From Candidatus Latescibacterota bacterium (GTDB lineage: Bacteria; Latescibacterota; UBA2968; UBA8231), in contig OZ253462.1 in NCBI GenBank assembly GCA_965261395.1, positions 1,184,001-1,248,000 of the forward strand: a DNA stretch of 64,000 nt, read 5' to 3'. The position numbers were made by a program, and so were the translations under genes. Of the stretch, positions 38,217 to 47,927 are shown piece after piece. Position 1 is the stretch's first letter; each line of letters starts with the position of its first letter. Under the pieces are notes generated by a model. The model worked only from the letters and a program-made list of their open reading frames with translations. It had not been told where the DNA came from and made no database searches.

Positions 38217-38912
38217 TTACGACCTTTTCGAGCCACGGCCTAGGGTCAGGTCGTCTAGTTCATCTTCCTCGAAGGTGGCTGGGGTCCATCCACGCAAATG
38301 TGGAGTATATAGTTCGTCTAGCTGGAGTGCGTCACGGTACTCCTTGGGCATACCCGCTGTTGGTGATTTGTCAGGATCGTAAATGGGTTGGCCCCATTTG
38401 GGCATACCCACTGTTGGCCAATAGTCGCCGTCGCGCTTCATGAGGTATACCCACCAAAGATCGATGCCGGTTTCCACCAAGTAAATCTCATCCGGCGCAT
38501 CCGTGCACTCCGCCAACAACTTGGGAAGCAGATTGCCAATGAGGTCAAATCTCGTGAGAGCGATGTCGCCGCTTTCCAGCACCAGGACGGTTCGCCCCCC
38601 CTCTTTCTTGCACTTCTGCAGCTTGGGAGACTTTTTGGAAAATGCCCGCCTCAGCCTGTCAATACGACGATCTTCCAAATCGCTGAAATCGTTGGGACAA
38701 TAAAGCCTCATTCCAAGAGAACCCGGTTTTCGCCTTATGGGAGCCGCATCCGGCCAGCGCAGTAATTCGATTGCGCAATTGAAACCCGTTGGTGTGTCCT
38801 GCATGCAATCCTTTTCGGGATGACGAATGCCCACGCGTGTCTCGCCTGTCCATTTTTCAAGGAGCCTCACAATGGCATCGCAGGCCTTGCCCTCATTGTC
38901 TGGGATGTGCAT
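38217..38912 (-). CDS. Hypothetical protein, possibly internally deleted
   Basis: Likely ATG (MHIPDNEGKACD) after GAGGGGAG; lower GC; C-terminal KLQKCK..VLVLES..DEIYLVE. Confidence 0.55.
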   Translation of the reverse strand: MHIPDNEGKACDAIVRLLEKWTGETRVGIRHPEKDCMQDTPTGFNCAIELLRWPDAAPIRRKPGSLGMRLYCPNDFSDLEDRRIDRLRRAFSKKSPKLQKCKKEGGRTVLVLESGDIALTRFDLIGNLLPKLLAECTDAPDEIYLVETGIDLWWVYLMKRDGDYWPTVGMPKWGQPIYDPDKSPTAGMPKEYRDALQLDELYTPHLRGWTPATFEEDELDDLTLGRGSKRS

Positions 38913-39149
38913 AGGCGATGCTCCCCTCAGCCCTTTCTTTTGCTCACGTCGACGCGATCTATGAGTTCCCAAAGGTCCTCCACTCGGACCGAGAACGATC
39001 GGCGGGGTCCATATTGAAAAGCGTGCGTCTCTGGAATCAGGGGGAAACGGTGTCAGTGAATTCTCGTTCCAGTAGTACCTTCGTCGGGTTGTATACTCTC
39101 ATGCACGACGTACGCCAATAGACTCGACGCTATATCGCGCACGCTCACC

Positions 39150-40286
39150 TCATTCGCCAAAGATTGCACCCACCTCCAGGGTCAGGTCCCTTTCGGCATT
39201 GCCACCGCGCTCGCGCAGCACCAGCCGACTGTCGGCATAAGTGATGTTAGCTACGCCCTTGTAATCTGCGGGGATTTTCAATAGAAAATTGGTAAAGGAT
39301 CGGCTCGCACTTTGACCGGCGTCTAGATACGCAAAGAGCGGGCGACCGAAAATCTGCCCCTTTTCGACTAGAAACGAAACGGGCTGATGCAAGCCGGTTG
39401 TGCCAAATTCCAGACCGCGGGCGACGGGCTTGCCGTCCGTGACGTGGCGCCAGGCATCGAACCAGGGATAGTCCTCGCTCTTCCAGATATAGCCGATGAG
39501 CAGCCCCTTGGCGGCATTGCTCGCCGTAGTCCAACCATACTCCTGGTCGATCGTGTAGGAGACTACGTTGGGAAACATATCATCGGAGAGATGGCGCATA
39601 TTCACCGGCTGCCCCGTGTCTTTGAGAGCCTGGGGCCAAACGACGCTCGGCACTTCGGGATTGGGCAGAGGGCTGCTCTGCATAAAGCCCCTGCGCGCAT
39701 TGGCGTCCACTACCGTAGTCTCGTCGAGGAAGGGCGGACCGATACTGGGGTGTTGCACCATATTGTAGATACGGCCCAGCTTGTTGGTGTTGGTGACCTC
39801 TTCGGTGACAGTAAGTACAGCCTCCCCGGCAGCAAACTCGAGCCAACGCTTTACCGACAAGCCGGCCATGGGCAAAACAGCACTCATCTCGGCGAAGATC
39901 GCCTCGCCTTTCTTCTTGGGTTGGCGATCGATTTGCCACTCGACGCGTGCAGCTTCGCCGTGGAAGGGCATGCCATTGGCTGCCTCGGCTTCAGAGGGTG
40001 CACCCCAGCGGTCCAGGCAGAGAAAATGGCCCATGGGACGAGGTGCAGTCAGCGGGCCTTCTTCTTCCCAGGCCAGGGGATTGAGATCTTGGTCTTTGAA
40101 ATGGAAGTCGACGATGGATCCGCCGGAGATATCGATTACCACCTGGGCCATCTTGCCGTCGAGCACGATGGAGCGGCGACCATTGACGTTGGTTTCGGGC
40201 CAGGCCGTAGTCGTGGCGAAGACAAGTATGACCATCAGTATCTCTCGCATGGAAGAGCCTCCTCTACCTAAGAATGATTGGATCAC
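39150..40286 (-). CDS. Secreted hypothetical protein, galactose-mutarotase-like fold suspected
   Basis: Signal-peptide-like MREILMVILVFATTTAW (likely start 40250); GHFLCLDRWG, MPFHGEA, QHP, GLEF. Confidence 0.65.
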   Translation of the reverse strand: MIQSFLGRGGSSMREILMVILVFATTTAWPETNVNGRRSIVLDGKMAQVVIDISGGSIVDFHFKDQDLNPLAWEEEGPLTAPRPMGHFLCLDRWGAPSEAEAANGMPFHGEAARVEWQIDRQPKKKGEAIFAEMSAVLPMAGLSVKRWLEFAAGEAVLTVTEEVTNTNKLGRIYNMVQHPSIGPPFLDETTVVDANARRGFMQSSPLPNPEVPSVVWPQALKDTGQPVNMRHLSDDMFPNVVSYTIDQEYGWTTASNAAKGLLIGYIWKSEDYPWFDAWRHVTDGKPVARGLEFGTTGLHQPVSFLVEKGQIFGRPLFAYLDAGQSASRSFTNFLLKIPADYKGVANITYADSRLVLRERGGNAERDLTLEVGAIFGE

Positions 40287-40310
40287 GGTCTCACATACTC
40301 TCCGGCCGAG

Positions 40311-41474
40311 TTAATCCGCAACGCGGTAACGTTCAATCGCATCTTCATCCAGGTCCAGACCCAGCCCCGGGCCTTGTGGAATGTGAATGTATCCATCCTC
40401 AAACTTGTACACATAGGGCTGATTCAAGATCTTCAGGGCAGGCGACCATTGCTCATCCACCAGCAATGGAGGCGCCATGACGCACATTTCCATCCAGTCT
40501 GAGTTCGGGAGCGCTCCGCATGCATGGAGAAAACCGGCAAGACCCAGGCTGCTGGTTCCATGCAGGATACACCTCTTCCCGAAGCCCTGCGCTAGTGTAC
40601 CTACCTTGCGGCTGTTGAGAATCCCGCCGCCGATGACGCCGTCCGGCTGGACGATGTCAAAGACATCATTGGCCAGATAGCCGGCGAAACGTTCGATGCC
40701 CTGGTCCGCTTCCCCACCGGTGATGGGAATATCCACCGAGGCGGCGAGCCGGGCGTGCTTGATGTCATCGGCGTGGGTATGACCGAATGGTTCTTCGAGC
40801 CAGTAAACGCCCGCTTCCTGCATCCCTCTCGCCACCTTCAGTCCAATGTCGTAGTCCCAGACCCACCTGTCGCGATCCGCCGTCCGGTCCACCATCAACT
40901 CGAAATCATCCCCGACCGCTTCCTTAATTACTCTGGCAGCCACCACGTCCTCCAGTGGATCAGGATTCCAGATACGAATCTTCATGGCGAGGTAGCCGTT
41001 CTCCTTCAGTTTGACGCCGTAGGCAGCTCGTTTATCGTGGGGAACATCTGATTGGTCCATCTTGTAATCCCACCAGAGGCTGGTGAAGTATGCCTTGACT
41101 TTGTCCCGGTATCCCCCCAGCAACCTGTACACCGGCGCCTTGAGGGCCTTACCGATCAGATCCCATACGGCATGTTCCGTGCCGCCATAGGATTCCAGTC
41201 CGACCTCCAGATGGCGCTCCACGGCGAAAGCGTCCTGTCCCATCAGAATCGGCTTGATTGCTGCCAGAACTTTCTCGGCGGAACGTTGTCTCGACGCAAA
41301 GGAGTATCCTCGCAGGTCGGACTCACTGGTAAGTCGCACGACCATAAAATCGTTTACGAGGCGAGCCTTCTGTTCCGCCTCCGTCACGGGAATCCTGATG
41401 CGGAAAGCCTCCACATCTTTGATAATCAGTCCTTCCGCGTTTGAAAGCGACGCGCTTTGAGTTGTCTGAGCCAT
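40311..41474 (-). CDS. Mandelate racemase/MLE-family enzyme
   Basis: AVWDLIGK, KIR, MVD, WLEEP, GGE, QPD, PGLGL. Confidence 0.9.
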   Translation of the reverse strand: MAQTTQSASLSNAEGLIIKDVEAFRIRIPVTEAEQKARLVNDFMVVRLTSESDLRGYSFASRQRSAEKVLAAIKPILMGQDAFAVERHLEVGLESYGGTEHAVWDLIGKALKAPVYRLLGGYRDKVKAYFTSLWWDYKMDQSDVPHDKRAAYGVKLKENGYLAMKIRIWNPDPLEDVVAARVIKEAVGDDFELMVDRTADRDRWVWDYDIGLKVARGMQEAGVYWLEEPFGHTHADDIKHARLAASVDIPITGGEADQGIERFAGYLANDVFDIVQPDGVIGGGILNSRKVGTLAQGFGKRCILHGTSSLGLAGFLHACGALPNSDWMEMCVMAPPLLVDEQWSPALKILNQPYVYKFEDGYIHIPQGPGLGLDLDEDAIERYRVAD

Positions 41475-41545
41475 CCCTGCCCTCCTGATCTCGTCGACGA
41501 GATTATTAATTTCATAAGGATCATTTACCAGATCGTATAATTCAT

Positions 41546-41809
41546 CTATTGCTGTTTGTCGAGGATGTCCTGCCAGTTGAGCGCGTCCGCCGAGTCGCGG
41601 ATGACGCGCGTCATGTCATGCAGCGCCAGATCAGCTTCCTGTGTATCCGTGCCGTGACATCGGTAGCAGTGCTTTTTCAGAAACGGCCCGATGCTTTTCG
41701 GCGCGGCGACACCCTGGGGATCCTGCGCTTCCGCTACCCTAATGGTCAGCGTACTCAAAAGGAGAACCGCAATTAGAAAAGCGGCTCCAGATCTTTGAAT
41801 TGCAGTCAT
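41546..41809 (-). pseudogene. 5' fragment of a planctomycete cytochrome c/DUF1592-type protein
   Basis: Signal peptide, then PFLKKHCYRCHG (CxxCH); ends abruptly at WQDILDKQQ*. Confidence 0.7.
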
Positions 41810-41837
41810 GTTATCGCGTCTTCGTTTGAACTCTCTT

Positions 41838-42124
41838 GGCGAGGCGTGCTGCACGCCCCTTACCGGCAGGGAGAAATCGAAATACTGCTGGTGCACCTTG
41901 CCGCTCTCGCCGTAGACCTTGATCAGCCTTTCGGCAAAGGGCAAATCGGCGTAGGCCGATTGGATCTGGCCGGCCTCATGCAGTTCACGCGCCAGACTGT
42001 CGAGCACGCCCTCGTACTCGCGCACGACCGGTTCGATCACCTCCTGCACATCGAGCAGGCCGCGGACGAGGAGATAGCCCTCCTCCTGAAAATGATCCAG
42101 TTGTTGCTGAGAGATTACTGCCAT
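41838..42124 (-). pseudogene. 5' fragment of a PhyH-family gene, fused in frame to the cytochrome c fragment
   Basis: QLDHFQEEGYLLVRGLL...YFDFSLP, then breaks before any HxD motif. Confidence 0.7.
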
Positions 42125-42262
42125 AATCGTTCTCCGTTTCCCTTCTGTTTATTCGTTGAAGCTGGCTTTGATGCGGGCTCAATTGGTTGGTGGGATTGCC
42201 GTGGAGATTGAGTCTATGGAGAGACTATCCTCGGGGTCACAACAGTTACTAAAAATTCCGCA

Positions 42263-43075
42263 TTATAGCGTATCCATAACCGCACGCAATTGCCGCACGC
42301 CTTTGAGCATAAACTCGGGTGAGCCCCAGTGCTCAATACTCACGTTGCCGGTATAACCATCTGCAATGACCATCTTGAGCAAATCGGCATGCATCAGATC
42401 GCTGTCGCGAATCGGATCCAGTTCTTTATCGTGATTGGGCTTTACATGCAGATGTGTAATACGCCCCTTTATCTGTCCATACCCATCAGGCACAGCCTTT
42501 TCACCACATCCAATCCCACTGTTTACATCCCAGCAGAAGCTGAAACCCGACGTATCACCCAAAGCATCAGCAACCATGCGTGCTTCGGCACAACTGCCTG
42601 CGATTGTTGCGGCCTCATTTTCAAGAGAAAGCGTCACCCCTTCGCGCTCAGCCGTTTTTACGATAGGGCCTAAAAACGACACGATGGTATCCAGATAATT
42701 TTCAACACCGGGTCGTTTTTCTCGATCACCTGTTTTGCGATTCGGATTCCACAGCGAAAACCCACGAATCACAGTGGTATCAAAAGCATGCGCCAACTCA
42801 ACCATGCGATCAAACATGTGCTGATGCTTAGCCTTTTGCTCTTCGCTATCATGATCGCATTTGCCAACAGGCGATCCCACAGACATCACAGTCACATCGT
42901 ATTTGGCCAGCACATCCTGAACACGCTTGAGTTCATCATTGTCGATTTGCTGCACGCTCTTCCCCCATATGCCACTTCGCAATTCAATTCCTGTTGCACC
43001 GGCTTCAACACCCAGACGCACGGCCTCGTCAAAATCTTCTTTATCAACTTCATCAGCAAAATAGCAAAGTTCCAT
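42263..43075 (-). CDS. Sugar phosphate isomerase/epimerase (xylose isomerase-like TIM barrel), low GC
   Basis: IELR, SPVGK, IRGFS, LENE, WD, HLHVK, SIEH. Confidence 0.85.
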   Translation of the reverse strand: MELCYFADEVDKEDFDEAVRLGVEAGATGIELRSGIWGKSVQQIDNDELKRVQDVLAKYDVTVMSVGSPVGKCDHDSEEQKAKHQHMFDRMVELAHAFDTTVIRGFSLWNPNRKTGDREKRPGVENYLDTIVSFLGPIVKTAEREGVTLSLENEAATIAGSCAEARMVADALGDTSGFSFCWDVNSGIGCGEKAVPDGYGQIKGRITHLHVKPNHDKELDPIRDSDLMHADLLKMVIADGYTGNVSIEHWGSPEFMLKGVRQLRAVMDTL

Positions 43076-43147
43076 CCGTTCCTCTTGTAGGTTATCAAAA
43101 TGTTCACGCGCATGGTTGATATCGCTGTTGTCGGTGCTGTAGCACCT

Positions 43148-44593
43148 TCATTCGTCCACGATCTCCAGTATAGAGCCGTCGGGCTGAATCCGCCGCCTTT
43201 CCGCCTCGACCCCCTCAAACCACCCCTCCAACGCCCCGAGCATCCGGCTCGCGCGCTCCGACTCATCCGTCGCCATGTTGTTCTGTTCCAGCGGGTCGTC
43301 GTCAATATTGTAGAGCTCCAACTCGGCCGGCGGCGGGACAATCAACTCGGGATCCGGCTCGCTCATCAGCTCCGTCACCTCGTCGGGGTGGTATTTGTAT
43401 TGGATATCCACTTCCACGTAGCGCTCCATCACGCGCTTATCCGCATCGGTCTTGGGCTTTTGCGCCATTTGGGGACGGACCAGCTTCCACGGCCCCTCGC
43501 GCATCGCCGCGTTGATCCAGCCGACGGGCTGAAATTGGTTGAGCTGCCAAAATCGCGCCGGAGCGTCATCGCCGGCGCCGCGCAACACCGCCGCCGCGTC
43601 GCGCCCGTCCAGGGGCCGCCTGCCGGGCCGCTCGATACCGCACAACCCGGCCAAGGTCGGCAACCAGTCCATACCGTGCACCAACTCGTCGATCTGCCGC
43701 CCCCCCTCCAACCCGCCGCGCCAGCGCACGATCATCGGCACCCGGATGCCGCCCTCGTAAACCGACCCTTTCTGCCCGTTAAAGCCGCAATTGTAGCGCC
43801 GTGTATCCGTGCTCATCCCCTCGGGCACTTGGTCGGGCCGCAACCCGAACGCCGGTCCGTTGTCGCTGGTGAACATCAGGATCGTATCGTCCGCCAGCCC
43901 CAGCGCATCCAAGGTTTCCGCGATCCGCCCGACGCCCCGATCCATGATCTCGTTCATCGCGTAGGTAATCGCCACACCCGGGCTCATCCCCGCGTCGAGA
44001 TAGGGCTGCACCGTTTCGTCGGGGGCCTGCAACGGCGAATGCGGCGCATTGTACATCATGCAGAGCAGAAAGGGGTCCTGCCGGTGCCGCGTGATAAAAT
44101 CCACCGCCTCGTCGGTAAACACATCGGTCAAATAGCGCCCGTCCGCGGTCTCGCGTCTTCCGTTGCGGTTGACCCACCAGTCGAAATAATCCATCCACCC
44201 GCCGTCAAAACCAAAAAACTCATCGAAGCCGCGTGCGTTGGGATGATAGCGATCGTCGAACGCGCCATTGTGCCACTTGCCGATCAGCCCCGTCGCATAA
44301 CCCGCGTGTTTGTACGCATCGCCGAGGGTCACCTCGTCGAGCGCGATGCGGTCCATCCCGCGCACCTCCATCGGCGTCAACGCGCCGGTGCGGTGCGGGT
44401 AACGACCCGTAAGAAGCGCCGCCCGCGACGGCGAGCACGCCGGCGACCCGGCGTAGTGTTGGGTCAGACAGACCCCCTCGCCAACCAGCGCGTCGAGATG
44501 GGGCGTTTTGGCCGGGCCGTCGTTAAAAACGCCGAAATCGCCATAGCCCATGTCGTCGGCGACGATAAGAATCACATTGGGTCGTTTTGGCAT
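43148..44593 (-). CDS. Arylsulfatase (formylglycine-dependent)
   Basis: PNVILIVADDMG, CSPSRAALLTGR, GKWH, APHSP, SDNG, KGSVYEGGIRVP. Confidence 0.93.
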   Translation of the reverse strand: MPKRPNVILIVADDMGYGDFGVFNDGPAKTPHLDALVGEGVCLTQHYAGSPACSPSRAALLTGRYPHRTGALTPMEVRGMDRIALDEVTLGDAYKHAGYATGLIGKWHNGAFDDRYHPNARGFDEFFGFDGGWMDYFDWWVNRNGRRETADGRYLTDVFTDEAVDFITRHRQDPFLLCMMYNAPHSPLQAPDETVQPYLDAGMSPGVAITYAMNEIMDRGVGRIAETLDALGLADDTILMFTSDNGPAFGLRPDQVPEGMSTDTRRYNCGFNGQKGSVYEGGIRVPMIVRWRGGLEGGRQIDELVHGMDWLPTLAGLCGIERPGRRPLDGRDAAAVLRGAGDDAPARFWQLNQFQPVGWINAAMREGPWKLVRPQMAQKPKTDADKRVMERYVEVDIQYKYHPDEVTELMSEPDPELIVPPPAELELYNIDDDPLEQNNMATDESERASRMLGALEGWFEGVEAERRRIQPDGSILEIVDE

Positions 44594-44650
44594 TACAATT
44601 ATCCTTAGTCGTAGAGAAATTTCAAGAGGGTCTCATGTGCTCTCGCGTGC

Positions 44651-44806
44651 TTATTGATAGGCCATGCGCCCTTCCGGAGTAGGTGCGATGAAGGAAACGC
44701 CCCCGTCGGAGGGCGTTGAGATTCCGACGTCGCCGTGCGCTACCGCTCGCTCTGTCGCAGCAGCCTCCGCGGCAGCCTTGGCTGCTATCGCGGCCTCGCC
44801 GCCAGG
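44651..44806 (-). pseudogene. Probable C-terminal gene remnant
   Basis: PGGEAAIAAKAAAEAAATERAVAHGDVGISTPSDGGVSFIAPTPEGRMAYQ*; no start, preceded by unrelated AT-rich DNA. Confidence 0.35.
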
Positions 44807-44893
44807 GATGGTTGAGTTGGATAGGAATTATAAACCCTTCAACAAAACTTTTTCCACGATCTTATAAATGCACAGGGTGTTTTCTAGAACGAC

Positions 44894-45297
44894 TTAGTCA
44901 ACATCGAGGATATAGCGGGCCAAGGGCGAGAGGCGTTCGGCGGTTTCAGGGCGCAAATACTCGCGCTGGTTGATCTGCTGGTCGAATTCGCGCGCTATAA
45001 AGGCGCAGTGCAACGTGCGGCGGAGCCGGCCCGAGCGGTTGATGTATGAGCCGTGCCATATGCTGCCGTTGAAGACGGCGACGGAGCCGGCCGAACCCTG
45101 CAGATGGATTTGCTCGGGGTGATCGACCATGCGGTCCTCAATATAATCGTCGATCTTGCCGAGTTTGCGGTGACTGCCAGGGATGATGCGGGTGGCACCA
45201 TTCTCTATGGTGAAGTCGTCGAGTATCCACATCGAGTTGACGGCGGTGAAAGGGCCCTCGGGGGTTGCGGGGGCGGGCCGTCCGAGTGCAGGGCCAA
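44894..45297 (-). pseudogene. 3' fragment of a PhyH-family dioxygenase
   Basis: WILDDFTIENGATRIIPGSH...WHGS...RR present; ALHSD lies in another frame near 45280; N-terminus missing. Confidence 0.75.
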
Positions 45298-45352
45298 GGG
45301 GCTTCCTTAGGGTTAGCTCCAAAAAAGGCCGGCCGTCGTTTATTTAGTAGAC

Positions 45353-47719
45353 CTAGTAGACCACCGAAATGATTTCCTGCGCCCTTTCGTCGCCGACATC
45401 GCCTTCGACCAAAATCTCGAGAATATAGAGGCCCGGCGCGACGCGAGACCCCGCGCTGTCGCGACCATCCCAACTGAATTGGTGCTGGCCGGCGCGGCCG
45501 TTCTCGCCGCGGTCGTAGACGGGGCGACCGGCCAGATCGTAGAGGCGCAACCGCAAGGGGCGCGGTTCGAGCACGTTGATCAGGTCGACCGAGAGCTGCA
45601 ATGCGTCGTTGACCCCGTCGCCATTGGGGGTAATCACCGGCGAAGAGAGCGCCACGGTGGCGAAGAGATTGGGGCTGACGGGCAGGCTGACGACGTTGGT
45701 GTTGCTCTCGATTAGTTCGGAGGCGTCGCCCGGGTCGACGCGCTGGCGCACGCTGTCGTCTTGGTTGCTGTCCTGGAGAAAGACGTCGAAGCGGGTCGAT
45801 TGCCGGAATACGGAAGATTCGAACTTCAACTCGATGAGTTGGTCGGTGCGGATGCGATTGGGCAAGTGGATCAGAAAGCCATTGGCGGTGGTGTCCATCC
45901 GCACGTCGAGGTCGGTGCCATTACGCGAAACGCTCATAAAATGCACCGACGCGACCGACTCGACGGCGAGGCGGTCGAAGCCGCTGGTGTTTTCGGGTTT
46001 TAAGTAATAGGTGAATTCGGTCGGCACGCCCGATTGGGCCTGCTGGGGAAAGATCTCGCCCAGCACGCGGGCGGCCAGCGGTTCGGTGAAGTTGGCGGCG
46101 AGGAAGTCGAGGGTGGCGGCTCGGTCGGGCGAGTCGGAGGTCATGCGAACGTCGATCTCCATAAAGCGGCGCGGCGAGGGCGAGAGGAAGGCCTCGCCAG
46201 AGAAGCTGTAGATCCGGCTCCAGGCGCTCCAGTCGCCGCCGGCGGTGAGGGTGGTGTCGATGGGGCCTCTGAAGCTGGGGATCAGCTTGTCGTACTTCCT
46301 CTCGGTGACTTCCTTGCCGTTTTTGTCGTAGTAGGTCAAGATCTCGGTGACCTCGTTGCCGGTGCGGGTGCGGATTTCAATGAGAGTGCCCGGCGGCTGC
46401 TCGCCGTCCCACTCTATCGAGTTGAGATTCTTGCCCTCGCCCAGGTCGATCAGCGGCGATTGGAAACCGACGTCTTGGGGGAAGCCCTGGCCGAAGATCT
46501 GGATCTCGTCGGTGGCTCCGCCGGCGCTGCAGCCGGGCACTCTGAAGCTGCCGCCCCTCACGCCCAGGCTCTGGAAGGAGAAGCAGCTAGTGTCCCAGAA
46601 TTTCCAGAAGATGCGCATGTAGCGGGTAGGCTGCAGGTCGAAATGGTGGTCTACCAGCCCTTTGGACCGCTGGTGGACGGGCGCTTCGCCCGAGAAGTGC
46701 TTGGTCCACAGGCGCGAGCCGTCGGGTGAGAGCGAGCCATCGGAGGTCATCAACTCGTAGAAGCGAAAGCCCCAGCGCCGCCGGGAGACAATGTGTCTGC
46801 TGACGATGGCACCGCCAAAAAACGACTTCTCAACCACGCCGCCGATGACCCGGATCTGGTCGACCCAGTAGACAGCGCCTAGGTCGAGGACCATGTGCGA
46901 GAGAATATCATTGAGGCCTCGCCCGGCGCTGCCGGCTCTCCAGCCTAAGTAGAGGTTGCCGTCGAAAAGGGCTCTGGCCTTGCCGAGGGGTTGCTGGTCA
47001 ATCTGGGCGAGGTTGGTATTGATGTCGACGGCTCCCCCCCGTTCCATCAGACCGAGAGCGATATTGTCGCCGACGGTCTCGACTTCGACCTCGACTAGGC
47101 GGGCGTCGGGCACCAGTAGTAAGGGTTCGAAGCGGATAAACTGCAGCGGCTCGGCGTCGATTTCCGCTATTTCGTAAGTCGCCCGGTGGCGGGTGTTTTC
47201 CTTGAAGCGCGCCTTGGTGCGGTAGACGAGCGACCCATCAATGGGCGCGGCGATAAAGTCGGTTTCGGGCTCGCCGGTCGAAATCAGCAGATCGAAGAGT
47301 TCGAAGGGCGGGGCGGCGGCGGCGAAAACCAAAGTGACGCTGTGGGCCGAGACGGCGCGGCCGAGGTCGACTTCGAGAAACCAATTCTCGGGTTCGGCTT
47401 CCGGGTCGGGTGCCCAGCCGGTCGCCGGGTCGCCATCGATGGCGAAGCGGGCCAGGTTGAGGTTGGAGCCGGCGTTGCGGATGCCGCCGTCGAAGGCGTC
47501 CAGGTCGCGCACGGCGTCGGTCAGCCTTTCGATACGGGTGGGCTGGATCACGCCCAGCGCCGTCAGGTCCACCGCGCCCAGGGGCAACTCCCACTGCCGC
47601 CAGTCGCGCGCCGAGTCGTAGCGCAACTGCTCGGCCGACAGGGTGGACCCGCACCAGAGCGCCAGAGCGGCAGTCGAAACAAATGCGGTGTAACGGATAG
47701 AGTTGAGGTGCTGTTTCAT
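45353..47719 (-). CDS. Secreted protein with discoidin-like repeats and C-terminal FlgD-Ig/CHU_C-like domain
   Basis: Signal peptide; AIDGDPATGW, EVDLG, LDLG; C-terminal ITPNGDGVND...YDLAGR...WDGRD...PGLY. Confidence 0.8.
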   Translation of the reverse strand: MKQHLNSIRYTAFVSTAALALWCGSTLSAEQLRYDSARDWRQWELPLGAVDLTALGVIQPTRIERLTDAVRDLDAFDGGIRNAGSNLNLARFAIDGDPATGWAPDPEAEPENWFLEVDLGRAVSAHSVTLVFAAAAPPFELFDLLISTGEPETDFIAAPIDGSLVYRTKARFKENTRHRATYEIAEIDAEPLQFIRFEPLLLVPDARLVEVEVETVGDNIALGLMERGGAVDINTNLAQIDQQPLGKARALFDGNLYLGWRAGSAGRGLNDILSHMVLDLGAVYWVDQIRVIGGVVEKSFFGGAIVSRHIVSRRRWGFRFYELMTSDGSLSPDGSRLWTKHFSGEAPVHQRSKGLVDHHFDLQPTRYMRIFWKFWDTSCFSFQSLGVRGGSFRVPGCSAGGATDEIQIFGQGFPQDVGFQSPLIDLGEGKNLNSIEWDGEQPPGTLIEIRTRTGNEVTEILTYYDKNGKEVTERKYDKLIPSFRGPIDTTLTAGGDWSAWSRIYSFSGEAFLSPSPRRFMEIDVRMTSDSPDRAATLDFLAANFTEPLAARVLGEIFPQQAQSGVPTEFTYYLKPENTSGFDRLAVESVASVHFMSVSRNGTDLDVRMDTTANGFLIHLPNRIRTDQLIELKFESSVFRQSTRFDVFLQDSNQDDSVRQRVDPGDASELIESNTNVVSLPVSPNLFATVALSSPVITPNGDGVNDALQLSVDLINVLEPRPLRLRLYDLAGRPVYDRGENGRAGQHQFSWDGRDSAGSRVAPGLYILEILVEGDVGDERAQEIISVVY

Positions 47720-47720
47720 T

Positions 47721-47792
47721 AGCTGGTCCACCGGCTTGGCCTTCGTCGATTACGACCTGGACGGGGATCTCGACCTCTACGTCGCCAATTAG
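47721..47792 (+). pseudogene. Isolated FG-GAP repeat fragment (CRTAC1/ASPIC-like)
   Basis: SWSTGLAFVDYDLDGDLDLYVAN*. Confidence 0.7.
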
Positions 47793-47927
47793 AGATAGAA
47801 CCAATAAAGGGGCCTCTTAGGGATGACACAACAAAACTTCATATTTCTGACAAGGGCGAGGGATACAAGATGTAGTTCCAGGCGGGGAGCGTGTCATGTC
47901 GGCACAGAGCGAGTGCGACTAGCGGAT

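Larger units (their letters stand above)
37887..47927. mobile_element. Genomic island integrated at the ssrA 3' end; no integrase visible
   Basis: Flanking direct repeat that includes the tmRNA CCA end; IHF consensus near the distal end; heterogeneous composition and broken genes inside. Confidence 0.8.

Noticed and set aside
43100-44608. 502-aa plus-strand ORF
   Set aside because: Antisense shadow of the sulfatase, which has all canonical motifs; the ORF is Arg/His/Pro-rich with no motif
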